A DNA stretch of 63,868 nt, filler included, from an uncultured Planctomycetales bacterium (GTDB lineage: Bacteria; Omnitrophota; Gorgyraeia; Gygaellales; Profunditerraquicolaceae): NCBI GenBank assembly GCA_964487475.1. It is 4 parts of 4 records of this genome, joined end to end, with 100 filler letters (N's around TTAATTAATTAA, not from the genome) between each part and the next. Parts side by side here need not be neighbours in the genome. Positions count along the whole stretch, not along the records: positions 1 to 22,089 come from CAZAPM010000019.1; positions 22,190 to 41,136 come from CAZAPM010000020.1; 2 more parts are not named here. The stretch is one strand, 5' to 3'. A model generated the notes under the pieces. The model was not told the origin of the DNA. It did no database searches and saw only the letters and a list, made by a program, of their open reading frames with translations. Every line of letters begins with the position of its first letter. The first letter of the stretch is position 1. This document shows positions 17,689-27,287 of this stretch, piece after piece. The position numbers and the translations under genes are program-made.

Positions 17689-18897
17689 CTATCTGACGAT
17701 CAAATTGATCTGGAATATCGGCAGCAGCATCGCGATCACGATGAACCCCACCACCAGCCCCATCACCAGTATCACCGAAGGCTCCAGGAGCCTGACCGCG
17801 GCTTTCATGGTCCGGTCGCACTCCTTCTCGTACTCCGAAGCGATACGGGAAAGCGATTTGTCCAGGGATCCCGCTTCCTCGCCGATCGAGATGACGTTGA
17901 CCGCCATCCTGGGCATGTACCGGGAGCCAGCCACGGCCTGGGAAAGGCTGGTGCCGGCGATGACCTGGTCCTTGAACCCCCGGATCTCCCTTTTCAGGAT
18001 TGAATTCTCCAGCACCGACGAGGATATCTCGAGGGAAAGCGTGATCGCCTGGCCGCTGGAAAGCAGCAAGGAAAGCGTGCGCATGAACCTGGCCACTTCG
18101 CTTTTCAAGGCCACCTCCCCCCAGAACGGCAGACGCAGGATGTATTCATCCACCAGAAGCCGTCCCCGGTCAGAAAGGTAAAAACGGATGGCGGCGATCA
18201 CCGCGGCCGCGCCTGCGGCCAGCAAAAGCCACCACCACGCGCTGATGAACCCGGAGAATCCCACCAGCACCCTCGTCGGCAGCGGCAAGGCCTGGCCCAT
18301 ATCGCTGAGCAGGTCGGCCAGCCGGGGCACGACAAACCCCACCAGCACCGCCACGGTCGCGGCGCTGACCGCAGAGACGAACAACGGGTAGGTCAAACTG
18401 GCCTTCAGGGAGTTGCGCAGCTCCTCATCCTCTTCCATGTAATCCGCCAGCCGCCGCAGGGCCACCGACAATCCTCCGCTGGCCTCTCCCGCATGCACCA
18501 GGGCGCAGTAAAGCCTGGAAAAGAGCGCGGGAAACGCCGCCAGGCTCTCGGAAAGGGGCTTGCCGTCGCGGATGCGGTCGGAAACGTCGCGCACCACCGC
18601 AGACAACGCCTTGTTCGTGCCCTGCTCCGAGACGATGCGCAGCGCCTGGAGGAGATTGACCCCGGAATCGATCAACGTGGAGAGCTGGCGGGTGAACGCC
18701 GCCACCTCCCTGCGGGAAACCTTGCGGAAGACTCCCCCGCCGGACGCGCCGAGCAGCGGGGTCTCATAACGCACGGTCAACGGGAAAAGCCCCATCGCGG
18801 CGAGCTTATTGACCGCATCGGCCTCCGACTCGGCCTCGACGAAACCGGCGGAATCCTTTCCCGGAGTCACTTTCGCGGTATAGGTATAACGGGGCAT
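17689..18897 (-). CDS. gspF: GspF/PilC inner membrane platform protein
   Basis: FTRQL.TL..SG, AGEASG, LTYP, GEE.G.L, LLEP, AMLLPI. Confidence 0.92.
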   Translation of the reverse strand: MPRYTYTAKVTPGKDSAGFVEAESEADAVNKLAAMGLFPLTVRYETPLLGASGGGVFRKVSRREVAAFTRQLSTLIDSGVNLLQALRIVSEQGTNKALSAVVRDVSDRIRDGKPLSESLAAFPALFSRLYCALVHAGEASGGLSVALRRLADYMEEDEELRNSLKASLTYPLFVSAVSAATVAVLVGFVVPRLADLLSDMGQALPLPTRVLVGFSGFISAWWWLLLAAGAAAVIAAIRFYLSDRGRLLVDEYILRLPFWGEVALKSEVARFMRTLSLLLSSGQAITLSLEISSSVLENSILKREIRGFKDQVIAGTSLSQAVAGSRYMPRMAVNVISIGEEAGSLDKSLSRIASEYEKECDRTMKAAVRLLEPSVILVMGLVVGFIVIAMLLPIFQINLIVR

Positions 18898-18904
18898 GTA
18901 TCGG

Positions 18905-20611
18905 CTAATCCTCGGGCAATTCTTCCTGCTGGGTTACGCGGATCACTTCCGTCAGGGTGGTCAGGCCCTCCCGCACCTTGCGCAGCCCGTCCTGGCGCAG
19001 GGTACGCATACCCTGGGCGATCGCGTGCTGCTTGATCTGCTGGCTGCTGGCCCGCTCCAGGACCATGGCGCGGACCGGCTCGGTGAGGCGCAGTATCTCG
19101 TAGATCGCGGTCCGGCCGCGGTAGCCGGTGAAACGGCATTTTTCGCACCCCCGCCCCTCGTACATATCAAAGACCTCCCCGTCCTTCTCGATCAAATTGA
19201 CCTGGGCGAGCATCTCGGGGGAAGGCTTGCGTTTTTCCTTGCAGTAAGGGCAGATCAGGCGCACCAGCCTCTGGGCGATCAGGCACTCCAGGGACGAGGA
19301 GACCAGGAACGGTTCGATCCCCATGTCCAGCAGCCGGGTCACGGCTCCCGGCGCGTCATTGGTGTGCAAAGTCGAGAACACCAGGTGCCCGGTCAGGGCG
19401 GAGCGGATGGCGATCTCCGCGGTCTCATAATCGCGCACCTCCCCGACCATCATCACGTCCGGGTCATGGCGCAGCATATGCCGCAAGGCGGTGGCGAAGG
19501 TGAAGCCGATCTGGGGGATGACCTGTACCTGGTTGACCCCGCGCAGCTGGTATTCCACCGGGTCTTCGATCGTGATGATCTTGACCGCGCTGGAGTTGAT
19601 CTTGGCCAGCGCCGCGTAAAGAGTGGTGGATTTCCCCGATCCCGTCGGCCCGGTGACGAAAATGATCCCATGCGGCTGCTTGATGGCGGACTCGATGATC
19701 TGCAGGTCTTCCTTCGCCAGCCCCAGCTTCTCCAGCTCGAGGAAGAAACGGGTGCTTAGGATCCTGATGTGCACCGCTTCGCCGAAGGCGGTCGGCATGA
19801 TGGAAACGCGCAGGTCGAGCTCCTGGGTATCGACCTTGATCTTGATCCTTCCGTCCTGGGGCAGCCTCCGCTCCGCGATGTTAAGCTGCGCCATGATCTT
19901 GATGCGGGAGACGATCGCCGGATGGAAGAGCTTGATGGTATCGGGGATATTGATATCGTAGAGCACTCCGTCGATGCGGAAACGCGTGCGCAATTCGTCC
20001 TGGAACGGTTCCAGATGGATGTCGCTGGCCCGGTCCTTGACCGCTTCCGAGAGTATCTGGTTGACGAAGGTGATGATCGAAGCGTCCTCCGCCAGGGTGG
20101 AGACATCCTGCGCGGCTCCGGCAGACACCGGCACGGGCGAGGAATGATGCTGCTGGGCGACCATACGCTCGAGGGTCTCCGCGCCCACCCCGTAATATGC
20201 GCGCATGGCCTCCAGGATATCCTGTTCCGAGGCGAACACGGGCTTGATCTCCTGGTTTAAGACCAGCCGGATATCGTCGAGCTGGCGCACGTCCGTGGGA
20301 TCGATGACCGCCAGGACCAGGTAGCCGTCGGAGAACTCCAGGGGGATGATCTTATAATGGCTGGCGAACTTGGCCGGGACCTGCGCGATGACCGCAGGGT
20401 CGATCTGCCGGGACTTGATCTTTTCGAACGGCACGCCGAGCCGCTTGGAGAGCGCGCCGTAGAGCGCGTCAGGCTGGGCCAGGCCGAGTTTGATGATGGT
20501 GGTGCCGAGGAATTCCCCGGACTTTTTCTGCTCGCGGGAAGCGGCCTCCAGGTGGGCCGCCGTGAGGATACCTTCTTCCGTAAGTATTTTAGCGATAAGG
20601 GTATAGTCCAT
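18905..20611 (-). CDS. gspE: GspE/PilB assembly ATPase
   Basis: ASDIH.EP, ERRLPQDG, GPTGSGKSTT, EDPVE, GEVRD, tetracysteine motif. Confidence 0.93.
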   Translation of the reverse strand: MDYTLIAKILTEEGILTAAHLEAASREQKKSGEFLGTTIIKLGLAQPDALYGALSKRLGVPFEKIKSRQIDPAVIAQVPAKFASHYKIIPLEFSDGYLVLAVIDPTDVRQLDDIRLVLNQEIKPVFASEQDILEAMRAYYGVGAETLERMVAQQHHSSPVPVSAGAAQDVSTLAEDASIITFVNQILSEAVKDRASDIHLEPFQDELRTRFRIDGVLYDINIPDTIKLFHPAIVSRIKIMAQLNIAERRLPQDGRIKIKVDTQELDLRVSIMPTAFGEAVHIRILSTRFFLELEKLGLAKEDLQIIESAIKQPHGIIFVTGPTGSGKSTTLYAALAKINSSAVKIITIEDPVEYQLRGVNQVQVIPQIGFTFATALRHMLRHDPDVMMVGEVRDYETAEIAIRSALTGHLVFSTLHTNDAPGAVTRLLDMGIEPFLVSSSLECLIAQRLVRLICPYCKEKRKPSPEMLAQVNLIEKDGEVFDMYEGRGCEKCRFTGYRGRTAIYEILRLTEPVRAMVLERASSQQIKQHAIAQGMRTLRQDGLRKVREGLTTLTEVIRVTQQEELPED

Positions 20612-20637
20612 GTACGCAAGGTTCCTTTACCTTGCGA

Positions 20638-22089
20638 TTATACCCCTGGTTGGAGGGATTGTAAAGGGGGCGTTTCCCCTGCCTTCGGCAGCTCGATCAG
20701 GAAGGTCGTCCCCTCCTTATAGCGGGAGGCGAAATTGATCTTGCCCTTATGGGTGTCGGTGATGATCTTATTGATGACGTAAAGGCCGAGGCCCGTGCCT
20801 TTACGGTTGGAGGTTTTGGTGGTGAAAAAGGGCGTAAAGATCTTCTGGGAGTGGGTATCCTTAACCCCGATGCCGTTATCCGTCACGCGGATCTCGATGG
20901 CCCCGCCCTCGTTCTCCCTGGCGCTGATCACGAGCTTGCCGCGGTACCCCGGCTCCTGAAGCGTCGTCTTGCGCTCCATCATCGCATCATAGGCGTTGTC
21001 GATGAGGTTGAAGAAAACCTCCTGCAGCTGGACGAGATTTCCCTGGATGGCGGGCAGTTCCTTGGTGTAATCGCGCACGATATCGAACTCGCTTAATTTG
21101 ATCTTATACCGGACCATATCCAGGGTGCCGTCGATGACCTGGTCGAGGGTGACCGGCGCGATCCCTTCGTCGCCCTTGCGGGTGTATTTGAGGATGCCCT
21201 TGACCACCTCCCCTCCCTGCATGACATTGGACTGGATGCGCTCGAGCGCGTGGTTGATGCTCTCGAGCATCTCCCTGATCTCCGGAGAGCAGGCGGTGGT
21301 ATCCGTCATCTTGATCGTATCGATGCTGTCCCCCGCGATCAGGGAGAGCGCGTAGAAACGATTGTTGATCTGATGCGACAGGCCGTCCGCCATGGTGCCG
21401 ATGGTGGCCATCTTCTCCGCCTGTGCGATCTGGCCCTGGAGCTCTTTGGTCTCTTCGTAAAACTGGGCGTTCTCGATCGCCAGCGCAGCCTGGGTGGCCA
21501 GGACCTGGAACACGTTGAGGTCCTCCGGAGTGTAGATGTGGCCGGAGAGCTTCTCCCCCAGGACGAAGAAGCCCATGAACTTATCCTCAAGGAAACTGGG
21601 GATGATGACCGCAGCCGGTATCTCCCTCATCCTCTCTTCGAGCGCAATGAAGGTGACGTTGCGGGTCTCTTCTCGCTTGCGCTTGATCTCATCATAGATG
21701 ATCGGCTCGCGTTTGGTCTGCAGCCAGTTGACCAGGTGACTGTCCGCGGGGATCCTGTGCTGGAAGGTGCGCCCCTTGTCGCGCTTGACCTGCAACACGT
21801 ACTCCCCCGCCTGTTTGTCGTGGAGGTAGATCGCGGCGTAGGAAAGGCGGACGGTCTTGGTGACGATGTGGACGATGAGGCTTAAGAGCCGGTGCAGGTT
21901 ACGGATGCGGGTCATGCCTAAGGAGGCTTGCTTTAAGGTCTGCTGATATTTGCGCTGTTCCTTAAGCAGCGCCTCTTCCGCGCGCCGCTCGACGAAGATG
22001 TAGAGGAACGGGCCGACGGTCGCCAGGACGGCCATGACGCCGAGGGGAACGATCCACCAATGCCCCCCGAAAAGATCGATCAGGTGCTG
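20638..22089 (-). CDS. Membrane GAF-containing sensor histidine kinase (5' truncated at contig end)
   Basis: LSHQINN H-box, NLIDNA, DNGIG, FFTTK, GTGLGL. Confidence 0.9.
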   Translation of the reverse strand, partial: QHLIDLFGGHWWIVPLGVMAVLATVGPFLYIFVERRAEEALLKEQRKYQQTLKQASLGMTRIRNLHRLLSLIVHIVTKTVRLSYAAIYLHDKQAGEYVLQVKRDKGRTFQHRIPADSHLVNWLQTKREPIIYDEIKRKREETRNVTFIALEERMREIPAAVIIPSFLEDKFMGFFVLGEKLSGHIYTPEDLNVFQVLATQAALAIENAQFYEETKELQGQIAQAEKMATIGTMADGLSHQINNRFYALSLIAGDSIDTIKMTDTTACSPEIREMLESINHALERIQSNVMQGGEVVKGILKYTRKGDEGIAPVTLDQVIDGTLDMVRYKIKLSEFDIVRDYTKELPAIQGNLVQLQEVFFNLIDNAYDAMMERKTTLQEPGYRGKLVISARENEGGAIEIRVTDNGIGVKDTHSQKIFTPFFTTKTSNRKGTGLGLYVINKIITDTHKGKINFASRYKEGTTFLIELPKAGETPPLQSLQPGV

Positions 22090-22189
22090 NNNNNNNNNNN
22101 NNNNNNNNNNNNNNNNNNNNNNNNNNNNNNNNNTTAATTAATTAANNNNNNNNNNNNNNNNNNNNNNNNNNNNNNNNNNNNNNNNNNNN
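22090..22189. other. Artificial contig linker
   Basis: N-run containing TTAATTAATTAA (stops in all frames). Confidence 0.97.
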
Positions 22190-22716
22190 CACTCCTTGCA
22201 CTGGGACTGGCCTTCTTTCTGCTGCGCCGACTTATAGAATTCGCTGACCGAATGGAACAGCGGGAACAATCCGTTCAATGTGGTGAAAATGAACTTGCCT
22301 TTGCCTTTCAGCGCTTTTGCGGCGCTCTTGAGGATATCAAAGTTCATCTCATCCGTTTCCATAAGGGAGAATCCGCCTTCACACAACATAATCGCCAGGT
22401 CAAATTCACCGTCAAAAGGCAGCTTGCGCGCATCCTGTATCTGGAAGTCGATGCTCAACCCTGCCTCGTGCGCCTTTTCCTTTGCCCTTTTGATCTGATT
22501 CCCGGAAAGGTCCACCCCGGTCACCGTATATCCCCTCTTGGTCAGTTCGAGCGCATGACGGCCGGTGCCGCAACCGATATCCAGTATCTTAAGGGACCTG
22601 TCCTGCGCAATTTCCCGTTCGATAAAATCACACTCCCCCGCAGTGCCCTGCACAAAGCACTCCGTATCGTATTTACGCGCGTAATTTTCGAATAATGACT
22701 CGTACCACTGTTTCAT
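22190..22716 (-). CDS. Class I SAM-dependent methyltransferase (3' truncated)
   Basis: ILDIGCGTGRH, GVDLS, DAR.L. Confidence 0.88.
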
Positions 22717-23351
22717 AGCGAGCGGACAAAGTCCGTGAATATGCGTTCTTCTCTCTTAGGGGGCACGACTCCGGCGTTAATGCCCGATTCCTTACATCTC
22801 AAAAACCATGCCATATTCCTTCCCAGAACGCGCATGGTCTGCATACCCTCCAGGTCTTTTCTTACATCATCGGGAGTGCGTCCGTGCACCATGTTCCAAT
22901 ACTGCGATGATATGACCGGCATTTCCGAGATGGTGAAATATTTGATGAGCTGCTCGAATGCCGCGGTAGTGCCTGCTCTGCGGGCAGAGACGACCGCTGC
23001 CGCCGGTTTCAGATAAAAGGACCGCCTGCCGGAAAGCGCATCGGAATAAAAAACACGGTCCATGAACGAAGTGATCGCCCCGCCTGCGGCTGCGTAATGC
23101 ACGGGAGACCCGAACACGAACCCGTCAGCATCCTTGGCCAGGTCCAGGAAATCATTCACCCTGTCAGGGAACACGCAACGTTTGAGCTCGACACACTTGC
23201 GGCAGGCGATGCAGCCGGATAAAGGCTTCTTCCCGAGCTGGAAAATTTCCGCCCCTATTCCCTCTGCCTGCAGGGTGCGCGACACTTCCTCCAACGCCGT
23301 ATAGGTACACCCGTTTTCATTGGGGCTTCCGTTCACTAATACCACTTTCAT
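22713..23351 (-). CDS. Iron-sulfur flavoprotein/NADPH-dependent FMN reductase family
   Basis: NGSP..GCT, CIAC.KC....RC, GSPVHY. Confidence 0.88.
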   Translation of the reverse strand: MKVVLVNGSPNENGCTYTALEEVSRTLQAEGIGAEIFQLGKKPLSGCIACRKCVELKRCVFPDRVNDFLDLAKDADGFVFGSPVHYAAAGGAITSFMDRVFYSDALSGRRSFYLKPAAAVVSARRAGTTAAFEQLIKYFTISEMPVISSQYWNMVHGRTPDDVRKDLEGMQTMRVLGRNMAWFLRCKESGINAGVVPPKREERIFTDFVRSL

Positions 23352-23370
23352 ATAGTTGCTCCTTTTCGGC

Positions 23371-24000
23371 TCAACAGTGATACCTTGGCACTCTCCCCAG
23401 CTCCGCTAAAAGGGAATTCACTTCTTTTTTCATCTCGATTATCCTTACCTCGCGGTCCATGCAAAGTTTGTTGAATTCCTCGATCCTTGCGATATGTTCC
23501 GCCTGCATCGCGACCAGCTCCGCCCGTTCCTCGATATGCTTAATTAAACGCAGGTCCATCTCGACAAGCTCTTTCAGCTTGGAAAAATATTTGATCTTTT
23601 TATCTTCATGCGTGCGCTCTTTCCGGTCGAGCACGCAGATGGTGCCGAAATGCCGATTATCCGGCCAATTAACGGGAAAACCCAGATACGATATCATGTT
23701 CAGCTTGATATCGGGGTTACTGCTCCAATGCGCGTCCTTTAACGCATTGGGGATTTCAAGCATGCGTTGATTCCTGATCACCGTTTCGCAATACAACCCG
23801 CTCCCCTCCAAATGCTCCGAATCACCCGGATGATAGGGATTGTCCGGTGACTTATTGGCCAAAAACACCTTGATGACCTCGGATTCCACTTTCATGATCA
23901 ATGCTGCCGGCACATCCATGATATCCGCCAGTATATCGACGACGCCCTGCCATTTTTCGATTATATCTTTCGGGACTGTCACAACGGGCTCATTCTGCAT
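23371..24000 (-). CDS. Stand-alone GAF domain protein with C-terminal coiled coil
   Basis: GLYCETV, YLGFPV.WPD...FGTICVLD; RE.RIIEMK.EVN.L tail. Confidence 0.8.
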   Translation of the reverse strand: MQNEPVVTVPKDIIEKWQGVVDILADIMDVPAALIMKVESEVIKVFLANKSPDNPYHPGDSEHLEGSGLYCETVIRNQRMLEIPNALKDAHWSSNPDIKLNMISYLGFPVNWPDNRHFGTICVLDRKERTHEDKKIKYFSKLKELVEMDLRLIKHIEERAELVAMQAEHIARIEEFNKLCMDREVRIIEMKKEVNSLLAELGRVPRYHC

Positions 24001-24044
24001 ACAAACCTCCACTTCCATTTCTGTGTGGACCCCTAAAACCTGAT

Positions 24045-24920
24045 TTACTTCGCATGTTCCGCCTTCAGTATCTCCTTTATTATATCATCCAGCTGCCGGT
24101 TGAACTCATCGGGGGATTCCAGCATCAGGAAATGCCCGACCCCCGGCATGATACGCAGGTTGAACTCCGGGACATATTTACGGTTGACCTCCGGCTTGGT
24201 CGGCCAAAGATCGGAGTTAAGGCACCAGACAGGGGCCTTGATCTTCGGCGGATCGGCAACGTAGGACATCCTGAACATCTCCTCCATCGCGCTGATCCCG
24301 ACCCTGGGCGTCGCATTTGACATCATCCCGGTGATCTCACCGATGAACTTGGGGTCGGTCCCCTTCACGAACATGCTTTGGACGAAAGAAACGGTGGTTT
24401 TCTTGAAATCCTCCTTAAAAGGTTTGACGATCTCCTCCACTTGTTCGGGAGTGTACGCTTCCTCAAAATCCTGCATGGTATCGATCCCGACGAGCGCGAT
24501 GACCTTATCCGGGATGATCTCTCCCGCGGCAATGATGACCGGGCCGCCCATGGAGTGTCCGATGAGGATCACCTTAGGCGCATTGACCGCCTGAACCACT
24601 GCCGCCACATCTTCGCCGAACGACCGCATGGAGTATACGGTCCGCTCCTTCCCGGATTCCCCATGGCCGGCAAGGTCCAAGGTGACCACGCGGTATTTCT
24701 TCTCGAAATAGGGGACCTGGAGGCGCCAGAACGTACGATTGCAGCTCCATCCGTGCACGAACACCAGGGCAGGCTCACCTTCTCCCTGGACCGAGTAAGA
24801 GATCGCAGTACCGTCCTTTGAAAGAACGGTCTTGCTCTCCGCCCTTACCTCAACCAGGCAGAGCAACGAGATCAGTACGCCGCACCCCGCACAAAGAAGC
24901 GTTTTAATATTTTTTCGCAT
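24045..24920 (-). CDS. Secreted alpha/beta hydrolase
   Basis: Signal peptide, HGW, DLAGHG.S, GHSMGG, GHF. Confidence 0.9.
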   Translation of the reverse strand: MRKNIKTLLCAGCGVLISLLCLVEVRAESKTVLSKDGTAISYSVQGEGEPALVFVHGWSCNRTFWRLQVPYFEKKYRVVTLDLAGHGESGKERTVYSMRSFGEDVAAVVQAVNAPKVILIGHSMGGPVIIAAGEIIPDKVIALVGIDTMQDFEEAYTPEQVEEIVKPFKEDFKKTTVSFVQSMFVKGTDPKFIGEITGMMSNATPRVGISAMEEMFRMSYVADPPKIKAPVWCLNSDLWPTKPEVNRKYVPEFNLRIMPGVGHFLMLESPDEFNRQLDDIIKEILKAEHAK

Positions 24921-24935
24921 AGGTATCGCAGCTCC

Positions 24936-25763
24936 TTATTTCCAGATCACTTTTGCCGGATTCCGCGCCGGTATGCGCTGGTAGCGGTACTTCGCATACC
25001 CGACCATCATCACCGCGCCCGCGGTGGCGCGCGCAGGAAGCCCGGTGAATTTCCTGGTATCCTCATCCATATTGATCGCCATATTCACATATCCCGCCCA
25101 GCACGCACCCAGCCCAAAACCGAACGCCGCGAGCTCAAGGTACGTACCCGCGATCAGGCACGAAGAAGGGACCATGGGATCTTCCTTTGTTCCGTACGCG
25201 ATCACCATTGACGGCGCGCTGCGGCAGATCAGATCCTCCCCCTTCTTCCACATCTCGACCAGGCGGTCAAAACGCAAGGATTCCGCCAACGGGAACTTGG
25301 CCTCCAAAAGCCCTTCCATCCATTTGGTTACCAGCCCCCCTAAGCCATGCACCTTATCCTTTCCCATGACCACCGCCCAATTCACCGGCTGGCGGTTGGT
25401 CCCGGAGGGAGCATAGCGGGCGATATCCAAAAGCTTCTCTATCGACTCCCTGGAAACGGGCTGATCCTTATAGTTCCGGATCGATCTGCGGGCTTTAAGG
25501 AAAAGCTCGACCTGTCCGGCCTCGGGCAGTTTGGAATGGTCGATGCGCACGGCGTCCTTCACCGCCATCGAAGATAAGGTGATCGACCCGTACGGGCAGA
25601 CCGAGAAACAATGGCCGCAGCTGATGCACTTCTCATCCCCTCCCGGCACGAACTCCGGCACGCGTTCATCCGGGTTCATTTTCAGGATATGCACGGGGCA
25701 GACCTCGGTACATTCCCCGTCGCCTAAGCAGGTTTTCTTATCGACACGCATGGTAGCAGCCAT
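24936..25763 (-). CDS. Nitroreductase with N-terminal 4Fe-4S dicluster
   Basis: Two ferredoxin Cys motifs, RRSIR.Y, APSG.N.QP, GLGACW.G. Confidence 0.9.
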   Translation of the reverse strand: MAATMRVDKKTCLGDGECTEVCPVHILKMNPDERVPEFVPGGDEKCISCGHCFSVCPYGSITLSSMAVKDAVRIDHSKLPEAGQVELFLKARRSIRNYKDQPVSRESIEKLLDIARYAPSGTNRQPVNWAVVMGKDKVHGLGGLVTKWMEGLLEAKFPLAESLRFDRLVEMWKKGEDLICRSAPSMVIAYGTKEDPMVPSSCLIAGTYLELAAFGFGLGACWAGYVNMAINMDEDTRKFTGLPARATAGAVMMVGYAKYRYQRIPARNPAKVIWK

Positions 25764-25790
25764 CACGCCCTCCTCAGGTTATCGCCCTGA

Positions 25791-26390
25791 TCAATCCCCG
25801 TGATGATCCGAGGCTTCCCCCGCGATCACCTTGTGCACTCCCGCCACATAGTGCAGATACTCGACATACGCCGCGACATATTCACGGCCGGCCTCGACAC
25901 TCTCGTTCATGTGCGCTTTTTTCTCAAGGACGCGGTCGAACCGCGCCTTCACCGCTTCCGTCAGGTGTTTCGCCATCTCGCCGGCAAGAGCGTCTACCGA
26001 ACCGGCCTCGATCGCCATGTCGGCGTGCGCTTCCGCAGGCTCCACCGCATCCCCGGCTTTCAAACCCGTAAAAGGCGCTCCCTCCCCCTCGCGGTGGATA
26101 CGGACCAGCTCCTCGAAGAATTTCGTGTCCGCTTTTTGCGCTGCCTCGGGGCCTTTCGCCCTTTCCGCGACCGCGCTTTCGAACGCGTCACGCACGCCCG
26201 CTTCCTTCTCCTTGCTCACCCACTTCAGCACCGGGGTAACGTCTTTGCTCTCCAGCGCCGTCCTGGCATCCATGATCACAGGACCGTTCATGGTATCGCA
26301 GTGGGCATATGCCTGGGGCACACTTACGCCTGCCGCGCCAACCAGGAACAGCACAGACAATACAAGACCGAATCTCATCGCACTTTTCAT
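25791..26390 (-). CDS. Exported protein, DUF6448-like
   Basis: Signal peptide ending AYA|HCDT..GPV, R.HR.GEGAPFTGLK, YV.YLHY. Confidence 0.7.
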   Translation of the reverse strand: MKSAMRFGLVLSVLFLVGAAGVSVPQAYAHCDTMNGPVIMDARTALESKDVTPVLKWVSKEKEAGVRDAFESAVAERAKGPEAAQKADTKFFEELVRIHREGEGAPFTGLKAGDAVEPAEAHADMAIEAGSVDALAGEMAKHLTEAVKARFDRVLEKKAHMNESVEAGREYVAAYVEYLHYVAGVHKVIAGEASDHHGD

Positions 26391-26427
26391 ACCCTCTCCT
26401 TCACATGATTAAAGCAAACACTCCTTA

Positions 26428-27126
26428 TTAGCCAACAAGGTATGCCAGCACCTCGTCCATCATGCGGTTGATCTCGGCATACGTCGAAGCGCCTGCGCTG
26501 CGCAGCGTAGCCTCATCCTGTATAGAGGGGCCCGCCACCAGCTCTTCCCGGCAATGCTTCACCAGCGCGTCAACGGTATCGGGTGTCGATTCAAGATGGA
26601 ACTGCAAGCCGATCGCCTTTTCCCCTGCCTGGAACGCCTGATTCTCGCACACCCCGCTTCGCGCCAATCGTACCGCGCCTTTAGGTAGATCGAAAGTCTC
26701 CCCGTGCCAGTGGAATGCCGTAAAAGTATCGGGAAAAGCAAAAGAACCTTTGCCGGCGCGGACCGGTTCAACCGTAAACCAGCCGATCTCTTTCTGCGGA
26801 TTCTTGTACACCGGCGCGCCGAGGGCACTGGCAATAAGCTGTGCGCCGAGACAAACTCCCAGCACGGGCATGCCTGAACGCACGACATTCCCGATGAATT
26901 CCTTCTCGGGACGCAGCCAGGGGTACTCCGCCTCATCATTGACGCTCATCGGGCCTCCCATGATAATGAGGAGATCGATCGCGGAGAGTTCGGGGAACAC
27001 TGCTTCCTCAAAAAAGCGGGTCGAGGTCACGCGGGCGCCTTGTCGTGTGAGCCAAGCGGAGATGCTTCCGAAGCCTTCAAAAGGGACATGCTGCAGCAGA
27101 TGAACTCTCTTGATTCCATCCTTCAA
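26428..27126 (-). CDS. Class I glutamine amidotransferase-like protein
   Basis: QHVPFE, MGGP, GVCLGAQ, QFHLE; TTG start with GGAGG SD. Confidence 0.9.
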   Translation of the reverse strand: MKDGIKRVHLLQHVPFEGFGSISAWLTRQGARVTSTRFFEEAVFPELSAIDLLIIMGGPMSVNDEAEYPWLRPEKEFIGNVVRSGMPVLGVCLGAQLIASALGAPVYKNPQKEIGWFTVEPVRAGKGSFAFPDTFTAFHWHGETFDLPKGAVRLARSGVCENQAFQAGEKAIGLQFHLESTPDTVDALVKHCREELVAGPSIQDEATLRSAGASTYAEINRMMDEVLAYLVG

Positions 27127-27219
27127 GCGGACCTCCCTGATCGGTAACCTATGATGCCGTACACTCGGGTTCTGACGGAGGCGATGCGTCGGGGATCAAT
27201 GCGGGGTTGTCTTTATAAC

Positions 27220-27263
27220 TCCCGCGGGTAGCGCCCTGCTGCTCGCAGGGCACTACCGCGGGA
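27220..27263. terminator. Long GC-rich hairpin downstream of the MFS gene
   Basis: TCCCGCGGGTAGCGCCCTGC-TGCTC-GCAGGGCACTACCGCGGGA; no clear U-tract. Confidence 0.5.
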
Positions 27264-27287
27264 TACACTACAAGGAATGCAGCGGAC

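Noticed and set aside
22134..22145. TTAATTAATTAA palindrome repeated three times in the window
   Set aside because: Always embedded in N-runs; an artificial six-frame-stop linker, so cross-linker synteny was not interpreted
22190..27126. Run of unrelated co-oriented accessory genes suggesting an integron cassette array
   Set aside because: Intergenic gaps are too short (under 45 bp) and no attC-like structures or integrase were seen
27127..27219. Possible structured leader upstream of the glutamine amidotransferase-like gene
   Set aside because: No riboswitch consensus recognised by eye
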